From Eledone cirrhosa (Eukaryota), in contig OZ024747.1 of NCBI GenBank assembly GCA_964016885.1, forward strand, positions 61,256,001 to 61,320,000: DNA of 64,000 nt, read 5' to 3'. Of this stretch, positions 11,998 through 25,283 are shown piece by piece; the stretch's first letter is position 1; every line of letters begins with the position of its first letter. The notes beneath the pieces were generated by a model. That model did not search any database. It was not told the origin of the DNA and was given only the letters and a program-made list of their open reading frames with translations. The position numbers were made by a program, and so were the translations under genes.

Positions 11998-13149
11998 TTA
12001 ACAAATGGCTGGCTATTTTTTTATGCTTCCATTCTTTTACTGGTTTAAGTCATTTGATTGGCACTGTACTGGGGCACTGCTGTCAAGATTTTAGTGAATC
12101 ATATTGATCCAAGTGCTTATTTACTGAAAGTCTGGTGCTTATTTCATCAATCTCTGTTTGTCAAACTTCTAAGTTATAGAATGTAAGCACGTAGTATCAG
12201 TTGTTAAGCAATATATTTACAATTGACAAACTGACAGACATGAACAGACAAGCACACGCATGCACACACGCACACACATGCACACACGCACACACATGCA
12301 CACACATGCACACACCCACATGCATACACACAACACACATGCACACACCCACATCCACCTGTATACACTCACACATGCACACACCCACATCCACCTGTAT
12401 ACACACACACACATGCACACACACACACCCACACCACACACACACAAAAACATATATCTAACAGACTTCTGCACAGTTCTAATCTACCAAATTTCACTCA
12501 TAAGGAATTGGTCAACCTGAGGTTTAGTCAGTGTGATTAATGGTTAAGGTGTTAGTCCCTCAATTGAAACTTCGTGGGTTCAATCCTTGGGGCATGTGAC
12601 AGGTTGTACTCTTGAGCAAGGTACTTCATTTCATATTATGCCAATCCAGCACAGCATCTAGGATATGGGGAACGGGGTGGTAACCTTTCAACAGACTGCC
12701 GCCGGCCTAAGTCTTGTACTCACAGTCTCTTAATGCAACATAAAACCAGAATAAGATCTGGCCTGATGAAGGATTTTAACCCTTTAGTGTTTAAACTGGA
12801 TATATCCAGCCAGAATTCTCTCACCTCTTTCTGTTCAAACTGGTCACAACCGGCCACTCATACTAATGTTAAAGTATTGTTCTCAAAATAAATAATATCA
12901 AAATTTCATAGATTTGATATTATGTGAAATAATTATGTAAGGTAAAGCCTTTACCGTGAAAATATAATAGTATATATATAGAGTAATCATCATCATCATC
13001 ATCATCATCATCCTCACTGTTTAACACACTGGCATGGGCTCGAATAGTTATCCTGTTTTGAACAATGCCAAGTCAGGTGACCATGTCTTGCTTGTACAGA
13101 ACTGATTTTGGCTTGGTTTCTACAGCTGGATGCCCTTTCTAGTACCAGC

Positions 13150-13690
13150 CTCACTCACAGTGAGTGCTGGGTGCTTTTTGTAATGCCTCCTACACAACCA
13201 CTTTACAGTGTGGACTGGGTGCTTTTTGCTGTGACACCTACACGACCACTTTACAGTGAGTACTGGGTGCTTTTTGCTGTGAAACCTACATGACCACTTT
13301 ACAGTGTGGACTGGGTGCATTTTGCTGTGACACCTACATGACCACTTTACAGTGAGTGCTGGGTGCTTTTTGTTGTGACACCTATAACACCACTTTACAG
13401 TAAGTGCTGGGTGCTTTTTGTTGTGACACCTATAACACCACTTTACAGTAAGTGCTGGGTGTTTTTTGCCGTGACACCTACATGACCACTTTACAGTGAG
13501 TGCTGGGTGCTTTTTGCCGTGACACCTACATGACCACTTTACAGTAAGTGCTGGGTGCTTTTTGTTGTGACACCTATAACACCACTTTACAGTAAGTGCT
13601 GGGTGCTTTTTGTTGTGACACCTATAACACCACTTTACAGTAAGTGCTGGGTGCTTTTTGTTGTGACACCTATAACACCACTTTACAGTG
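13150..13690. repeat. 48-bp minisatellite (~11 units) inside an RTE-tailed non-autonomous element
   Basis: Unit CCACTTTACAGTAAGTGCTGGGTGCTTTTTGTTGTGACACCTATAACA; accounts for the 16-aa-periodic ORF 13120..13704. Confidence 0.95.
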
Positions 13691-14769
13691 TGATGTAAAT
13701 GCAAAAAGGTTAATATATATATTTTTTAACTACAACATTTAGGGATATTGTGTACTTATTCTAAAACCCATGATAGACATAAATAAAGTCTAATACTCTA
13801 CCAAATAAGCTATGAGAGAAGACGACTACAACAGCTGGAATAACAAGTTGAAACCCTTTGATATCAACTCACCTGAAACTATCCCTGGTCCTCAGATATA
13901 AAACTTCGCATGTTTATATTTACATTAAGACCTTCCATCATATGTTTTGTGTTAGAACCCTTATTTTAGTCAGTTGTAAACATCAGTTCAATAATGAAAA
14001 GTTTATGTTATTAAATTCTTACTAAATTTTTGATTATTTTTCAAAATTAATTGAAACATATGATAGGTGCATTTCATTTTAAGATGGCAACAAAAGAACT
14101 AATGAATAATTTAACCCTTTCATTATTATATTTCTAATGAAATACACTTTATTATTTTAAAACAATTTAAAAAATAATCAAGAATTTAGATGGATTTAAT
14201 AATGTAACTACTTTTCTCATTATTAAGCTGGTGTTTAGAATATAACTTAACAAAAGTTCGTTCATATTTGATGAAAGGGTTTAGATAAATATAAACACTT
14301 TAAAATGAACAATTAAGTATTGTAGAACCAGGATCAGTTTCTTATTATTATTCATTTTAAGCCTTTCATCCTTTCAAGGTCAATAAAATAAAGCACCAGT
14401 AAGTATTGGGGCTGATTTAATTGACTTTCCCCTTCCCTTCAAATTGCTGGTCTTGTGCCTAAATTAGAAACAATTATTAATCTAACGTCAGACAAATGCT
14501 TTGCAGTGTTAGTTCCGGTTCATTACTTTCTGAGTTCAAATCCTACTAAGGTTAATTTTGTCTTTTATTCCCTAGGGTTGAGAAAATGAAGTACCAGTCA
14601 TGTACTTGGGTTTATATAATCAACTGTCCTTTTTCCCCAACAATTACTGGCCTGGTGCCTAAATTAGAAATCATTATTCAACTGGTGTTTGGAACATAAC
14701 TTTACAAAGGTTCTTGCATGAAACTATGATGGAAGGGTTTTAATTAGATATAAATATTTAAACACTTTA

Positions 14770-15150
14770 AAGCTTGGTGTAATGACTGAAAGAATATGAT
14801 CATGAATACAAGCAACTGAAATGGAGTTCCTCTGAAGGGTTTTTGGAATAATGTTACTTGCTAAGGTGTGTAGCTCAGATATCAGGGAGTCACTCCAGGT
14901 AGAGTTGCTGCTTCTCCAAATTGAGAGATCACAATTCCAATAGTACAGACATGATTGGAATATCTAAGGAAAAAAATCTCTGAATAGATTTTACAGAAAA
15001 AGCTAACCATCAGATGGTTGGATAACTGGTTAACATCCATAAGCATGGTTGGTCTTGCTTGTGGATCCAGGCAGACTATTTGAAGATGTTGTTTATGAAA
15101 GAACCCTCTGGAAGGCATGTCTGAGGACCGTTCCAGGAATAACTGGGCAA
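14770..15150 (+). mobile_element. Decayed RTE-clade (Expander-like) LINE fragment
   Basis: Broken frame VMTERI..IQATEMEFL.RVFG...IRESLQVELLLLQIERSQ; homologous to 54960-55140. Confidence 0.75.
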
Positions 15151-15594
15151 AGAAGAAGAGGAATAAAATAAATAGTTTTGTATTGTAGAACCTGGGGCAG
15201 TTTTAGGCAGATTGGTATCAGAAGGATTAATTCAAAGAAGAGATTCCAACTAAATAACACAAAAAGAAAGAAAGAAAGAAAAATAAGCCAAAAAGTTTTG
15301 TTTTCTTAAGAAATTCTAGTTATTGAGAAATTTATGGCATGGAAGAAGAACCTATGGTATTAAGTTCTCACATGTTAAGTTTCCTGGACTGTTCCATCTT
15401 GGAATTGACAGTCGGTAATCTTGAGATGGAATAACTAATCTCTCTTTGACTCACCTATCAATCAATTAAATATAATTATTGGACAGCCATGTACCAGCCA
15501 CTTTCTACATTTCTAGCTGAATGGTTTGCAATCTACTAAATTACTTAACTTTCTTTCTTTCTTCTTCTCCATCTATCTCTTTCTCTTTCTCCAG

Positions 15595-15621
15595 AGTCCT
15601 CTGGGGAAAGTGCTGACTGAA
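15595..15621 (+). CDS. Candidate 27-nt microexon (SPLGKVLTE) of an unidentified host gene
   Basis: ~45-nt polypyrimidine tract ending CCAG, then 27 nt, then GTATGT donor; only phase 0 is stop-free. Confidence 0.5.
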
Positions 15622-15669
15622 GTATGTCATAGTCATCTGTTTCTCTGCATATGGCTGTGTGTATGTTTC

Positions 15670-15700
15670 TCTGTATATATATATGTATGTAAATATGTGT

Positions 15701-15747
<47 letters not shown>

Positions 15748-15830
15748 ACATATACATATATACAAATATATAAATATATATATATGTGTGTGTATGTGTG
15801 TGTAGATATATACCAATATATATATATGTA

Positions 15831-15884
<54 letters not shown>

Positions 15885-15978
15885 TATATAAATACATATA
15901 CACACAACATATACATATATACAAATATATAAATATATATATATATATATGTGTGTGTATGTGTGTATATATATATAC

Positions 15979-16062
<84 letters not shown>

Positions 16063-16080
16063 GTGTGTAGATATATACCA

Positions 16081-16128
<48 letters not shown>

Positions 16129-16130
16129 TT
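15670..16130. repeat. TA/TG compound microsatellite with internal duplications
   Basis: Read directly. Confidence 0.9.
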
Positions 16131-16794
16131 GTGTATCTATATTTCAAGTGTATATCCTCTTTAATTTGATTGCAGTAAATCAAATTAACAAAAGTTTGTT
16201 TCAAACAGGCAAAACTCTTTCTTTTAATGTTTAGACAACAATGAAATTGCAATACTTTGCATATTATAATTCTATTATATGAAATAGATTGAATTTGGAG
16301 GAGTTTCAATCAGTTGTTTGCCTTCTTCAGAAACCCATCTCAACTTTAACTCCATAGATATTTGCTAACATCACCAAGAGGCAATATTAAATTCAAAAAT
16401 ATACAATATCTGCAGGTTCTACATATATTACCTGTAGACATTTCATTGTTCTTATTGCTTTATTGTGGTGGGTTGGCAGTATTGGTAAAGCATCGGACAG
16501 CATACTTCGCAGCATAGAGTTATGTCCCTTTATAACCTGTGTTCAAATCCTGCTGAGGTTAACTTTTACCTTTCATCCTTATGGCGTCGATAAAATAAAA
16601 TACCAGTAATGCACTGGGATTGATTTAACTGACTTTCCCCTTTCCCAAAAAACTCTTGGCCTTGTGCCTAACTCAGAAACCATTTTTTTTTTTTTTTTGC
16701 ACCAGTCATACCAGTTAAACAATTGGACCCTGAAAACTGTTTAAATTTTGGGGTTTTGAAGTTTCTTCAACCTTCTTTTCTTGTTGTTACAGTT

Positions 16795-17075
16795 CACACC
16801 TATGGAGGTTTAGCTAGCTTCCTACAAGGTTGCATCTCAAAACAAAAAAAGGTTTCTCAGGTGTTTTAATGAGAGGAGCCAGAGTGTTATGTTGTTGTCG
16901 CCTCTCACATCTATGGAGGCCTAGCTGACCTCCTACAAGGTTGTATCTCATAGGAGGTTTCTCGGGTGTTTTAATGATAGGGGCCCCAATCTTATGCTGT
17001 TCTCACATCTCACACTTATGGAGGTTTAGCTGGTTGCATCTCATAGGAGGTTTCTCCGGTATTTCAATGATAGAA
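16795..17075. repeat. Three diverged tandem units of ~110 bp
   Basis: CACAYCTATGGAGG...TAGCT...GGTTG(C/T)ATCTCA...GGTTTCTC.GGT recurs at ~16795, 16905 and 17010. Confidence 0.8.
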
Positions 17076-18995
17076 TCACCAGTCTTATTAGGAAAAGCAA
17101 TGTGAAATGAAGCATCTTGCTCAAGAACACAATATGCCATCTGCTCCAGGAATCAAACTCATTACCTTACGATCAGGAGTCCAAGACTTAAATCAACCCC
17201 AGTACTTGGTTGGTACTTTATTTTATTGACTCCTGGAAAAATGAAAGGAAAAGTTTACCTATGTGGGGTTTAAACTCAGAATGTAAAATGTCACAAAGCA
17301 CTTTCTACAATATTCTAACAACTTTGCCAACCCAACAAGTACTATTCCAAGAAACTATAGAAGTCCATATTCTTGTAAACAATCTTCACTCTGACTTGAA
17401 CTTACAACTATGATATTACAGTCAATTTCTTTCAGGCACAAGCTCTTAACCTCCATTCTCATAACCTCATCACACTCCAATTTTATATATAATTTCTTTA
17501 TCAAAAAGTTTCACTACTCCATTCTACTCTCTTTCATAGACAAATACTGCTGAACTTCACCCAGCCTCACCTCCTTCCAAGTTTCATTCAACTTCTTCAC
17601 ATCTCTCCTCTTAGAATTACCAACTTACAGCAATTAATATCACAACAAAGACACAAAACAAACAAGCAAACAAACAAAGAGAATTTAACATTAAATGAAG
17701 AAGTTAAATAATCCAATCGTTAAAATTTAATTCTGACAAGATTGAGATTTTTGTTATAAAATAGATTCTGTTTGTTTTTTGAATAAATTTTAATCACTTT
17801 CAGAGATTAACTGTTCAAAACAAACAAGATTTCTTAAGACATTATTGATGCTTTCTCAAAAACAATAAAAAGTGTAATATTTAGAAAGGAATATCAAGTT
17901 ACTGAATGGTTAGACTAAATGTCTTGGTATGTTATAAGACATGAAGTTTTGTTGAAGAAGATTTGGCTATGTGGTTGTAAAGTTACTGAGTGGTTAGACT
18001 ACATGTCTCGTTCTGTTCTCTTATAAGACATGTTTAAGTTTTGTGTTGGTATCATGACAAAAAGCACCCAGCACACACTGTAAAGTGGTTGGCATTAGGA
18101 AGGGCATCTAGCTGTAGAAACCAACCCCAAATCAGTTCTGTGTGAACAAAACTCTGTCCCAAAACCTGGCTGTCTCACAACAGGACAACTTGTCTAACCC
18201 ATGCTAACATGGAAAATGGATGCTAAACAATGATGATGATGATGAAGACTTGACTGTGTGGTTAAAAAGTTTGCATCACAACTATAAGGTTTTAGGTTCT
18301 ATCCCATATCATGATACATTGGACAAGAGTATTCTACTTATAACCTTGAGCCGACTTGGGCCTTGTCAGAGGATTTGATAGACAGGAATAGTAAGGAAGC
18401 TCACTTTTACATGAAATTCATAGAAAAGTCCAAACTTCCTGATCAAAAATAGGGCGAGGTGAACATTTACATGTGTTTATATGGTGTGTCATTTGATTGT
18501 GTGATCATCATGCTATTTCTGTGGGCCTTAGAAATGCATTGAGGTGCCCATTTCCTCACTAAACATCCAGTCACTCACTAAGTTTAGCCTGCCAGCTGAA
18601 GCAATTACTGAGCTGTGGTGGAAAAATTCCCCACAGCAAAGGTGTGAGTCAGGTAAAAACCAGTGTTCCTGCTAATCTCTAAGGATGTGGCTGCCGAACA
18701 CCCAGGTATTTTCTCAACTCAAACACCCCATACAACATTTTTATGTGTACATAATGTAGCATAGAGACCAGTGGTGATAGCTGGCTGCAAAAACATCAGA
18801 AGTGGTACCCCAATGACTGGCTACACCAGTTGTGAAACCTTGATGATGATTTGTTGTGCGTGAATGTTTATATGATACACACACACACATGTACTCTTTT
18901 AACTGTTCCAGCCATCCAGCTGAGACCATGCTGGGGCACCATATATAAATATATATATAAATATTTATATAAAACTATGCTAAATGATGATGCTA

Positions 18996-19061
<66 letters not shown>

Positions 19062-19066
<5 letters not shown>

Positions 19067-19274
19067 AATGAGTAGGACCCCGACGGCTGAGCTCAAGCCG
19101 TTTCGACGGCTAATTCTGGACTAAAATAAAAATTTTAGTCCAGAATTAGCCGTTGAAATGGCTTGAGCTTAGCCGTCGGGGTCCTACTTGTTCCTATTAC
19201 CCACTCTATTACCCTAAGTATTGAGTACTTTGGTGCGTTATGGTCCACCTGGTTCCTTACCACATTTCCTTCGT

Positions 19275-19275
<1 letters not shown>
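19062..19275 (+). mobile_element. PLE-like short repeat (family A) with 136-bp palindrome (19062-19197)
   Basis: HHR 3' half GAAA-(C/T)GGC-TTGAGCT(T/C)A-GCCG-TC|GGGGTC on both arms; (TA)n flanks. Confidence 0.78.
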
Positions 19276-19301
<26 letters not shown>

Positions 19302-19305
<4 letters not shown>

Positions 19306-19722
19306 TCATCATCATCATCATCAACGTTTAACGTCCGTGTTCCACGCTTGCATGGGTTTGGACGGGGGTATTCCCACTTGAGGCAAGAGTGATTGTCTTG
19401 CTCGCATAGGACTGTCTGGCAGGTTTTCTACAGTTGGATGCCCTTCCTAACACCAACCACATTTACAGTGTGGGTCTGGGAGGTTTTTACCGTGTTGCCT
19501 ACACGGCCACATTACAGCGTGGACTGTGTGTTTTTTTGTTGTGACACCTACACGATCTCATTTGTTTCGGACTGGATGTTGTGGTACCAACATAACTTTA
19601 CATAGGAGGGGGTGGTGTGGATGGGGTGGGGGTGGTGTATTTTGTTAGAGATGCCTACTGGCTGTAGTAGGTTTTACTATGTATTTAGGTAAGGCGGGTC
19701 TTCTCTATTACTGAGTACCGCC
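19302..19722 (-). mobile_element. RTE LINE 3' UTR (severely 5'-truncated copy)
   Basis: Colinear with 46352-46785, where the same sequence follows the RTE ORF stop; (ATG)n tail. Confidence 0.85.
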
Positions 19723-19994
19723 ATATATATATATATACAGCATCATCATTTAGCATAGATTTTATAAGTTATCACAAACTAATTGAAGCCACTAACATCT
19801 CAAATGAGCTGGAGGCTGAAGCTTGCTTATATACATTCCCACAATTATATAGATGAGTGGGTATTTCTTATCATGTCCCCAAACACAACTGAAGAGTACG
19901 CTTGGCTGTGTGTGTGTGTGTATATCTATCTATCTATCTATTAGATATATCTAATATCTATTTAGATATTAGATATATCTATCTATCTGTATAT

Positions 19995-20182
19995 ATATTA
20001 TTTAAAATGTTAATAAATGAAAAATATTCTCATACTCAAAATATATATTTTATTATACATATTTAAAAAGTACAATGGTGTTTAAGTATGTTTTCACACC
20101 ATTGTACCTTTGAACTATGTATAATAAAATATATATTTTGATTATGATAATATTTTTCATTTATTAACATTTTGAATAATAT
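19995..20182. repeat. Diverged ~190-bp palindrome with decayed HHR 3' halves
   Basis: Arms pair over ~90 bp; GAAC-TATGTATA-ATAAAATA matches the 3' halves of the 4156 and 7202 ribozymes. Confidence 0.8.
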
Positions 20183-20297
20183 TAAAAACTCCAGGAAAAT
20201 CTCTTGTTGAATGCTTCTAATCTATTGTAATGTTGTATTTGTTGAGTAATCAACGAACCATATTAATCTTTGGTCATATCTGTATATATATATATAT

Positions 20298-20622
20298 GGA
20301 GGCACATGGCTTAGTGGTTAGAGCATTGGCCCTGCAATCGAAAGGTTGTGAGTTCAATTCTCAGACCGGGTGATGTGTTTCACTTTATTTCATATTGCTC
20401 CAGTTTACTCAGATGTAGAAATGAGATGATAGGGACTGGGGTCCATATCATTCCACTGCAAAGTGGTCGTGGAGGTGCCACGGCAAAAAAGCACCCAGCA
20501 CTCACTGTAAATGAGGTTGGTGTTAGGAAGGGCATCCAGCTGTAGAAATCAAGCCAGAATCAGTTCCTGTCACACCCTTGCAAGCAGGGAAAAGTGGACA
20601 TAAAAATGAAATGAAATGAAAT
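20298..20622 (+). mobile_element. Family 2 SINE with RTE-derived 3' tail
   Basis: Near-identical to 41168-41505 apart from an internal deletion. Confidence 0.88.
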
Positions 20623-20631
20623 GAATATATA

Positions 20632-20826
20632 TAACAAAGGAATTGTGGTAAGGAACCAGATGGACCATAACGCACCAGAGTACTCAATACTTAGGATATT
20701 AGAGTGGAAAATAGGAAAAAGTATGACCCCGACGGCAGAGCTCAAGCCGTTTTGACGGCTATTTCCGTCCAGAAATAGCCATCAAAACGACTTGAACTCT
20801 GCCGTCGGGGTCATACTTTTTCCTAT
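20632..20826 (-). mobile_element. PLE-like short repeat (family A) with palindrome 20711-20826
   Basis: Apex GACGGCTATTTC-CGTCCA-GAAATAGCCATC; helix III CGGC...GCCG-TC. Confidence 0.78.
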
Positions 20827-20930
20827 ATATATATATATATGAGTCCCAGGTTCAATCAGGAGTAACCACAGTAAGTGAGGTACTCAATACATTAGAAGAG
20901 TGTAAACATCATGCTTAATATAGAAATGTA

Positions 20931-20979
20931 TTCTACAAGACTAGAACTGTTTCATTCAAAAGAAATCATCAGGAAAGCC
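20931..20979 (-). ncRNA. Hammerhead ribozyme motif (family C)
   Basis: Minus strand: GGCTTTC-CTGATGA-TTTC(TTTT)GAAT-GAAA-CAG-TTCTAGTC-TTG-TA|GAA; short stem II with non-canonical U-U base. Confidence 0.62.
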
Positions 20980-21165
20980 AACTGTTCTTGTAAAACTAGT
21001 ATTTATATGTTTTGGGGGAGTTGGGGAAGGTGGGAATTTTAGGGATCAATGGAGGTCATTGGCTAAGGGATTTTAAAGAACAGGTATTCTTTGCCTTGGT
21101 GATGGTTATAAGGGGAAGGGTTAGGTGCTAAGTGATATGTGAGGCCCATGTTCAACTGGGGATAA

Positions 21166-21204
<39 letters not shown>

Positions 21205-21224
21205 CTTATATAGGCTTTAATATA

Positions 21225-21273
<49 letters not shown>

Positions 21274-21316
21274 CCTTATTGAGCCCACTTCAGATTTTAG
21301 TCTTTCCATTTATTAT

Positions 21317-21362
<46 letters not shown>

Positions 21363-21569
21363 CTGTGTATCTGTGTGTATACGTGTGTGTGTGTATGTGT
21401 AAGTATGTGTTTGTCTCTCCTCTTTACCTTTGACCTCACAGGCAGTGACATTTGTTTATGGTCTGCTGAAACAGAAATCACACTACTCAGTAGTTAGACA
21501 TGCAAAGGTTAGGACCTCACTTACATCATAGAGAATTCTGCCTCAAAATATCTCATCCAGCCCATGCCA

Positions 21570-21846
21570 ACATGGTGGTGGTGGTGACGATGGTGGTGGT
21601 GGTGGTGATGACGATGGTGGTGGTGGTGGGGACGGTGGCGGTGGTGGTGATTACGATGGTGGCGGTGGTGATGATGATGGTGGTGGTGGTGATGACGGTG
21701 GCGGTGGTGATGACGATGGCGGTGGTGGTGATGACGATGGCGGTGGTGGTGATGATGATGGCGGTGGTGGTGATGACGATGGCGGTGGCCGCGGTGGTGG
21801 TGGTGGTGACAGCGGCAGCAGCAGCGATGATAATGGTGATGATGAT
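21570..21846. repeat. (GGT/GAT/GAC)n trinucleotide mosaic
   Basis: Read directly; poly-V/M and poly-T/I ORFs are artefacts. Confidence 0.93.
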
Positions 21847-23154
21847 CAGGGCTGGATTTACCATTGTGTTAGGTGCACTTAACCATAGTTCTCCGTTGGT
21901 TAGGGGATGGGACAGTGCATCTTCCTGTGTAGGCCTACCAGGCCTACTTTCTTCAGGGCCCAAGTAAGGGTCCTCAATTGTCCTTAACCCAGCACTCATA
22001 ATGATGGTTCCATATCATTTACTTTCATACATCCTATATATATATAAATCCAATTAAAATCTAAAACCCTTCTCTTTTAAGACCCTTCTCTTTTAAGACC
22101 CTTCTCTTTTAAGACCCTATTTCTAATGAAATGCCTTCTATTTCAATTAATTGATGAAAGATTTTTAGAGATTCCTTAAAATTATTAACCATTTCATGCT
22201 TTCCAGCATAGTTACGTCCCTTTACGATCTGAGTTCAAATCCCGCCGAGGTTAACTTTGCCTTTCATCCTTACGGGGTCGATAAAATAAAGTACCAGTAA
22301 TGTACTGGGTAATTGCTGGCCTTGTACCTAAAGTAGAAACAATTATTAACCATGTCATTACTAAGATAGTTAAGGTGTGTGTCTTAGTGGTTATGGTTTT
22401 CAGTTCATAATTATAAGGTAACGAGTTCAATTTCTGGATTGGGTAGCACATTGTGTTCTTGAGCAAGACACTTTATTTCACATTACTCTAGTCTACTCAG
22501 TTGGTAAAAACGAATTGTAGCCATAATTCAAGCAGTCAGTCTTGTCACATATAGGTTATGCTGAATCTCCCTGAGTACTAAATTAATAGTGAATGTTTCT
22601 GTGGAATGCTCAGTCAAGTACTATACATACACTTTTGAGGAGTTGTAGTGCACCTGAGCACTGTACACAATATTTTCATTTTATTTATTTAATGAGCTGG
22701 CAGTTCTGTTGATTCAATCAAATGGAGCCCTTAACAACAAAAACAACAGAGGTACAACAACAATAATATGTTAGTAAATAACATTGATACATTAAAAATT
22801 TGATCTATGGCAACTGACTTGATAAACACCTACAAAATTATTAACCATCTTTCCAACAACAACCCTGAGCACCTTTTTGACTCCCATATGTCTAACACCC
22901 GTGGACATTTTTTTGTGTATGGGGGAGCCCCCAAACCTAAAATGCCCCCCCCCCCCCCCCCGGTCTAAGTACAATCCTACCCAGAGGCATTTCAATCTGG
23001 AGTTCATCCCAGTTTCATTGCCATTATGAAACAGAAAGTGGACTGAAAAATATGAAATAAAGAGTCTTGTTGAAGAACATAATGTGCCACCTTGTCCAGA
23101 AACTCATTACAATCTTTAACCCAACGCCCTAAATACAAAACTACATGGCTTCAC

Positions 23155-23558
23155 ACACCATCTTTCCAACAACAACCCTGAACACCTTTTTGAATTCCAT
23201 ATGTCTAACACCCGTGGACATGCTTACAAAATCAGAAAACAGTACAGCTCCCATGACTTTCGGAAACATTTTTTCACATTTCACAGTTGCGGAGCGCATG
23301 GAACAAACTACCTACATCAGTTGTTAACTGTTGGGACACTACATCCTTCAAAACTTCCATGCTTCCCGGAATTAGCCAACACTACACCTGATATTCCACC
23401 TCCATACACATGCACGCATGTATCTGTGTCCATTTATGTTCGGGGTTTGTATGATATATCCCACTAGGTTTGAAAACACTCATACACTGTTCACTTTCCT
23501 GACATTTTTACATTATTCTATGAACTATACATGCACTTTTTATGAGTTGTAGTGCAGT
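23155..23558 (+). mobile_element. CR1-group LINE 3' end
   Basis: SNTRGHAYKIRKQYSSHDFRKHFFT...WNKLP is the classic CR1 ORF2 C-terminus; a second piece at ~22790-22908; 3' tips at ~22620 and ~4825(-). Confidence 0.85.
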
Positions 23559-24641
23559 TTCAGACACCATGGTTTGCAGCATAGCGTTACGGCCCTTTAC
23601 ACTCTGAGTGCAAATCCTGCCGAGGTTAACTTTGCCTTTCATCCTTACGTGGTCGATAAAATAAAGTACCAGTAATGTACTGGGGTAATTGCTGGCTTTG
23701 TGCTAAAAGTAGAAACATTATTTTGGAAGATTAAAATTTAGATAGGAATTCTTAAAAATTGGTTGTTTTATTTCATAGAAGTAGAGATGGATTTAGCTGA
23801 GTTTGTATCAAAAATTTAAAAGAATAATTGATCTTCCTGAACCATCATCAAATTATTTCAGTTTTGATTTGATATTTGATCAAGGTTCAAATCTGTCTTT
23901 CAACAATTCCCTTGAGAAGCTAATCTGCTGTCAAGGATGTTTCAACTCGTTAACCTTTTCATTACCGTATTTTTAATTAAATAATTAGTATTTTAATTCA
24001 TTAATAGAAAATTTGGAGGGATTTACTGGAATTATTGTTTCATTAAAATGGCATATAACAAAATGTTCTAAGATAAAATTATGTTGGAAATTTTTAATCT
24101 AAATAGGAGCTCTTTTAAATTGTGATCCACAGAAACAGAGGTGGTTTTGGTAAGGTCAATATAAAAGGTCTTAATCTTTTCATTATCATATTTCTAATAA
24201 AACACACTGCCTATGATTTATTAAAATAATCAAACATTTGGTTGGATTTAGTCATATATCTATCTTTTGAATATTAAGTTGGTGTTTATATCATAACTTA
24301 AGAATATGTTCTTACTAAAACATAGAAGGAAAGGTTTAAATTCAAGCATGAACATTTTAAAACAAAGATTCTCATTCTAGAGCCTGTGGGTGTTCAGGTG
24401 AAATGGTATAAAAAGGGGAAATTATAATAATCATAGATCCATTTAACTTATTCTCTTGTTTGGATTCCTGGAAAAAGAAATTAAATTAAGTGAAATTGTT
24501 ATCATTTAATTCTATAAAGGTTTGTTGTTAATAAAGGGCAAGTGAGATGAGATGATGAGCTAAGAGAAGTAAATTTTCAAGTGATGTAACTTAAAATGTG
24601 GAATGTAGAGAGAGGTGGAAGCTGAATAACGATATAGAATA

Positions 24642-25283
24642 TCTATATATATAAAACTGAGGATGTCTGTGTGTGTGTGAGTATGAATTCCTAAAACTAG
24701 AGAACCACCCAACCGACTGTTTTCAAACTTTACACATGTAATACTTATGTTTCAGGGAATGTTCTGAGCAAAAACAAATTTCAAATTTTCAATGCTCTAG
24801 CGATTTAGCGATCTCTCCCTATAATTCTTAGTCTTTCTCTTTTTAGATAGATACATACATATAACATCGCGCCCTTATAATATCTGTCTGTATATCTGAC
24901 TGTCTGCATTACGTCACTTCCTTCAATTCCCTCTCCAACCAGAATGCGCCCTTATATCTGTCTGTATGTCTGGCGGTCTGCTGCCTGCATTAGGTAAAAA
25001 ACTTCATTTTTTCAGCTTTTTAGGGCTTTTTTCCCGAAATTTCAAGGCATATTATGCACATAAAAAAATTAATTTTCTTGATCCCCTAGGGCCTGCATTA
25101 GGTGAAAACCTGCATTTTTCCTGCTTCATCGAGGAAAATCTTAAAGATTATCCAGCCATCAGAGTATTCGGTTTATTTTCTTTACACATATTGTCGGGGC
25201 ATGCAGTTTTTCTACAATTAGGTCTGTTGGCCGCCTGCGTTCCAAAATAACTTATCCCATGCAATGCCGAGTACCACTGCTAG
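24642..25283 (+). mobile_element. Non-autonomous Helitron
   Basis: Starts A|TCTATATATATAAAA and ends ...CCCATGCAATGCCGAGTACCACTGCTAG|T: TC...CTAG ends, A/T insertion site, decayed subterminal hairpin, no TSD. Confidence 0.82.

Noticed and set aside
13120-13704. Cys/His-periodic ORF resembling zinc-knuckle repeats
   Set aside because: Translation of a 48-bp retroelement-derived tandem repeat
16300-16335. Isolated CTGANGA matches (also ~12760, 19888, 21950, 27210, 28710, 30770, 49134)
   Set aside because: No stem II plus GAAA plus helix I; 19888 may be a truncated 5' half but cannot be supported
21500-21999. Poly-Val/Met and poly-Thr ORFs (also 26908-27202 and 43602-43947)
   Set aside because: Trinucleotide low-complexity repeats
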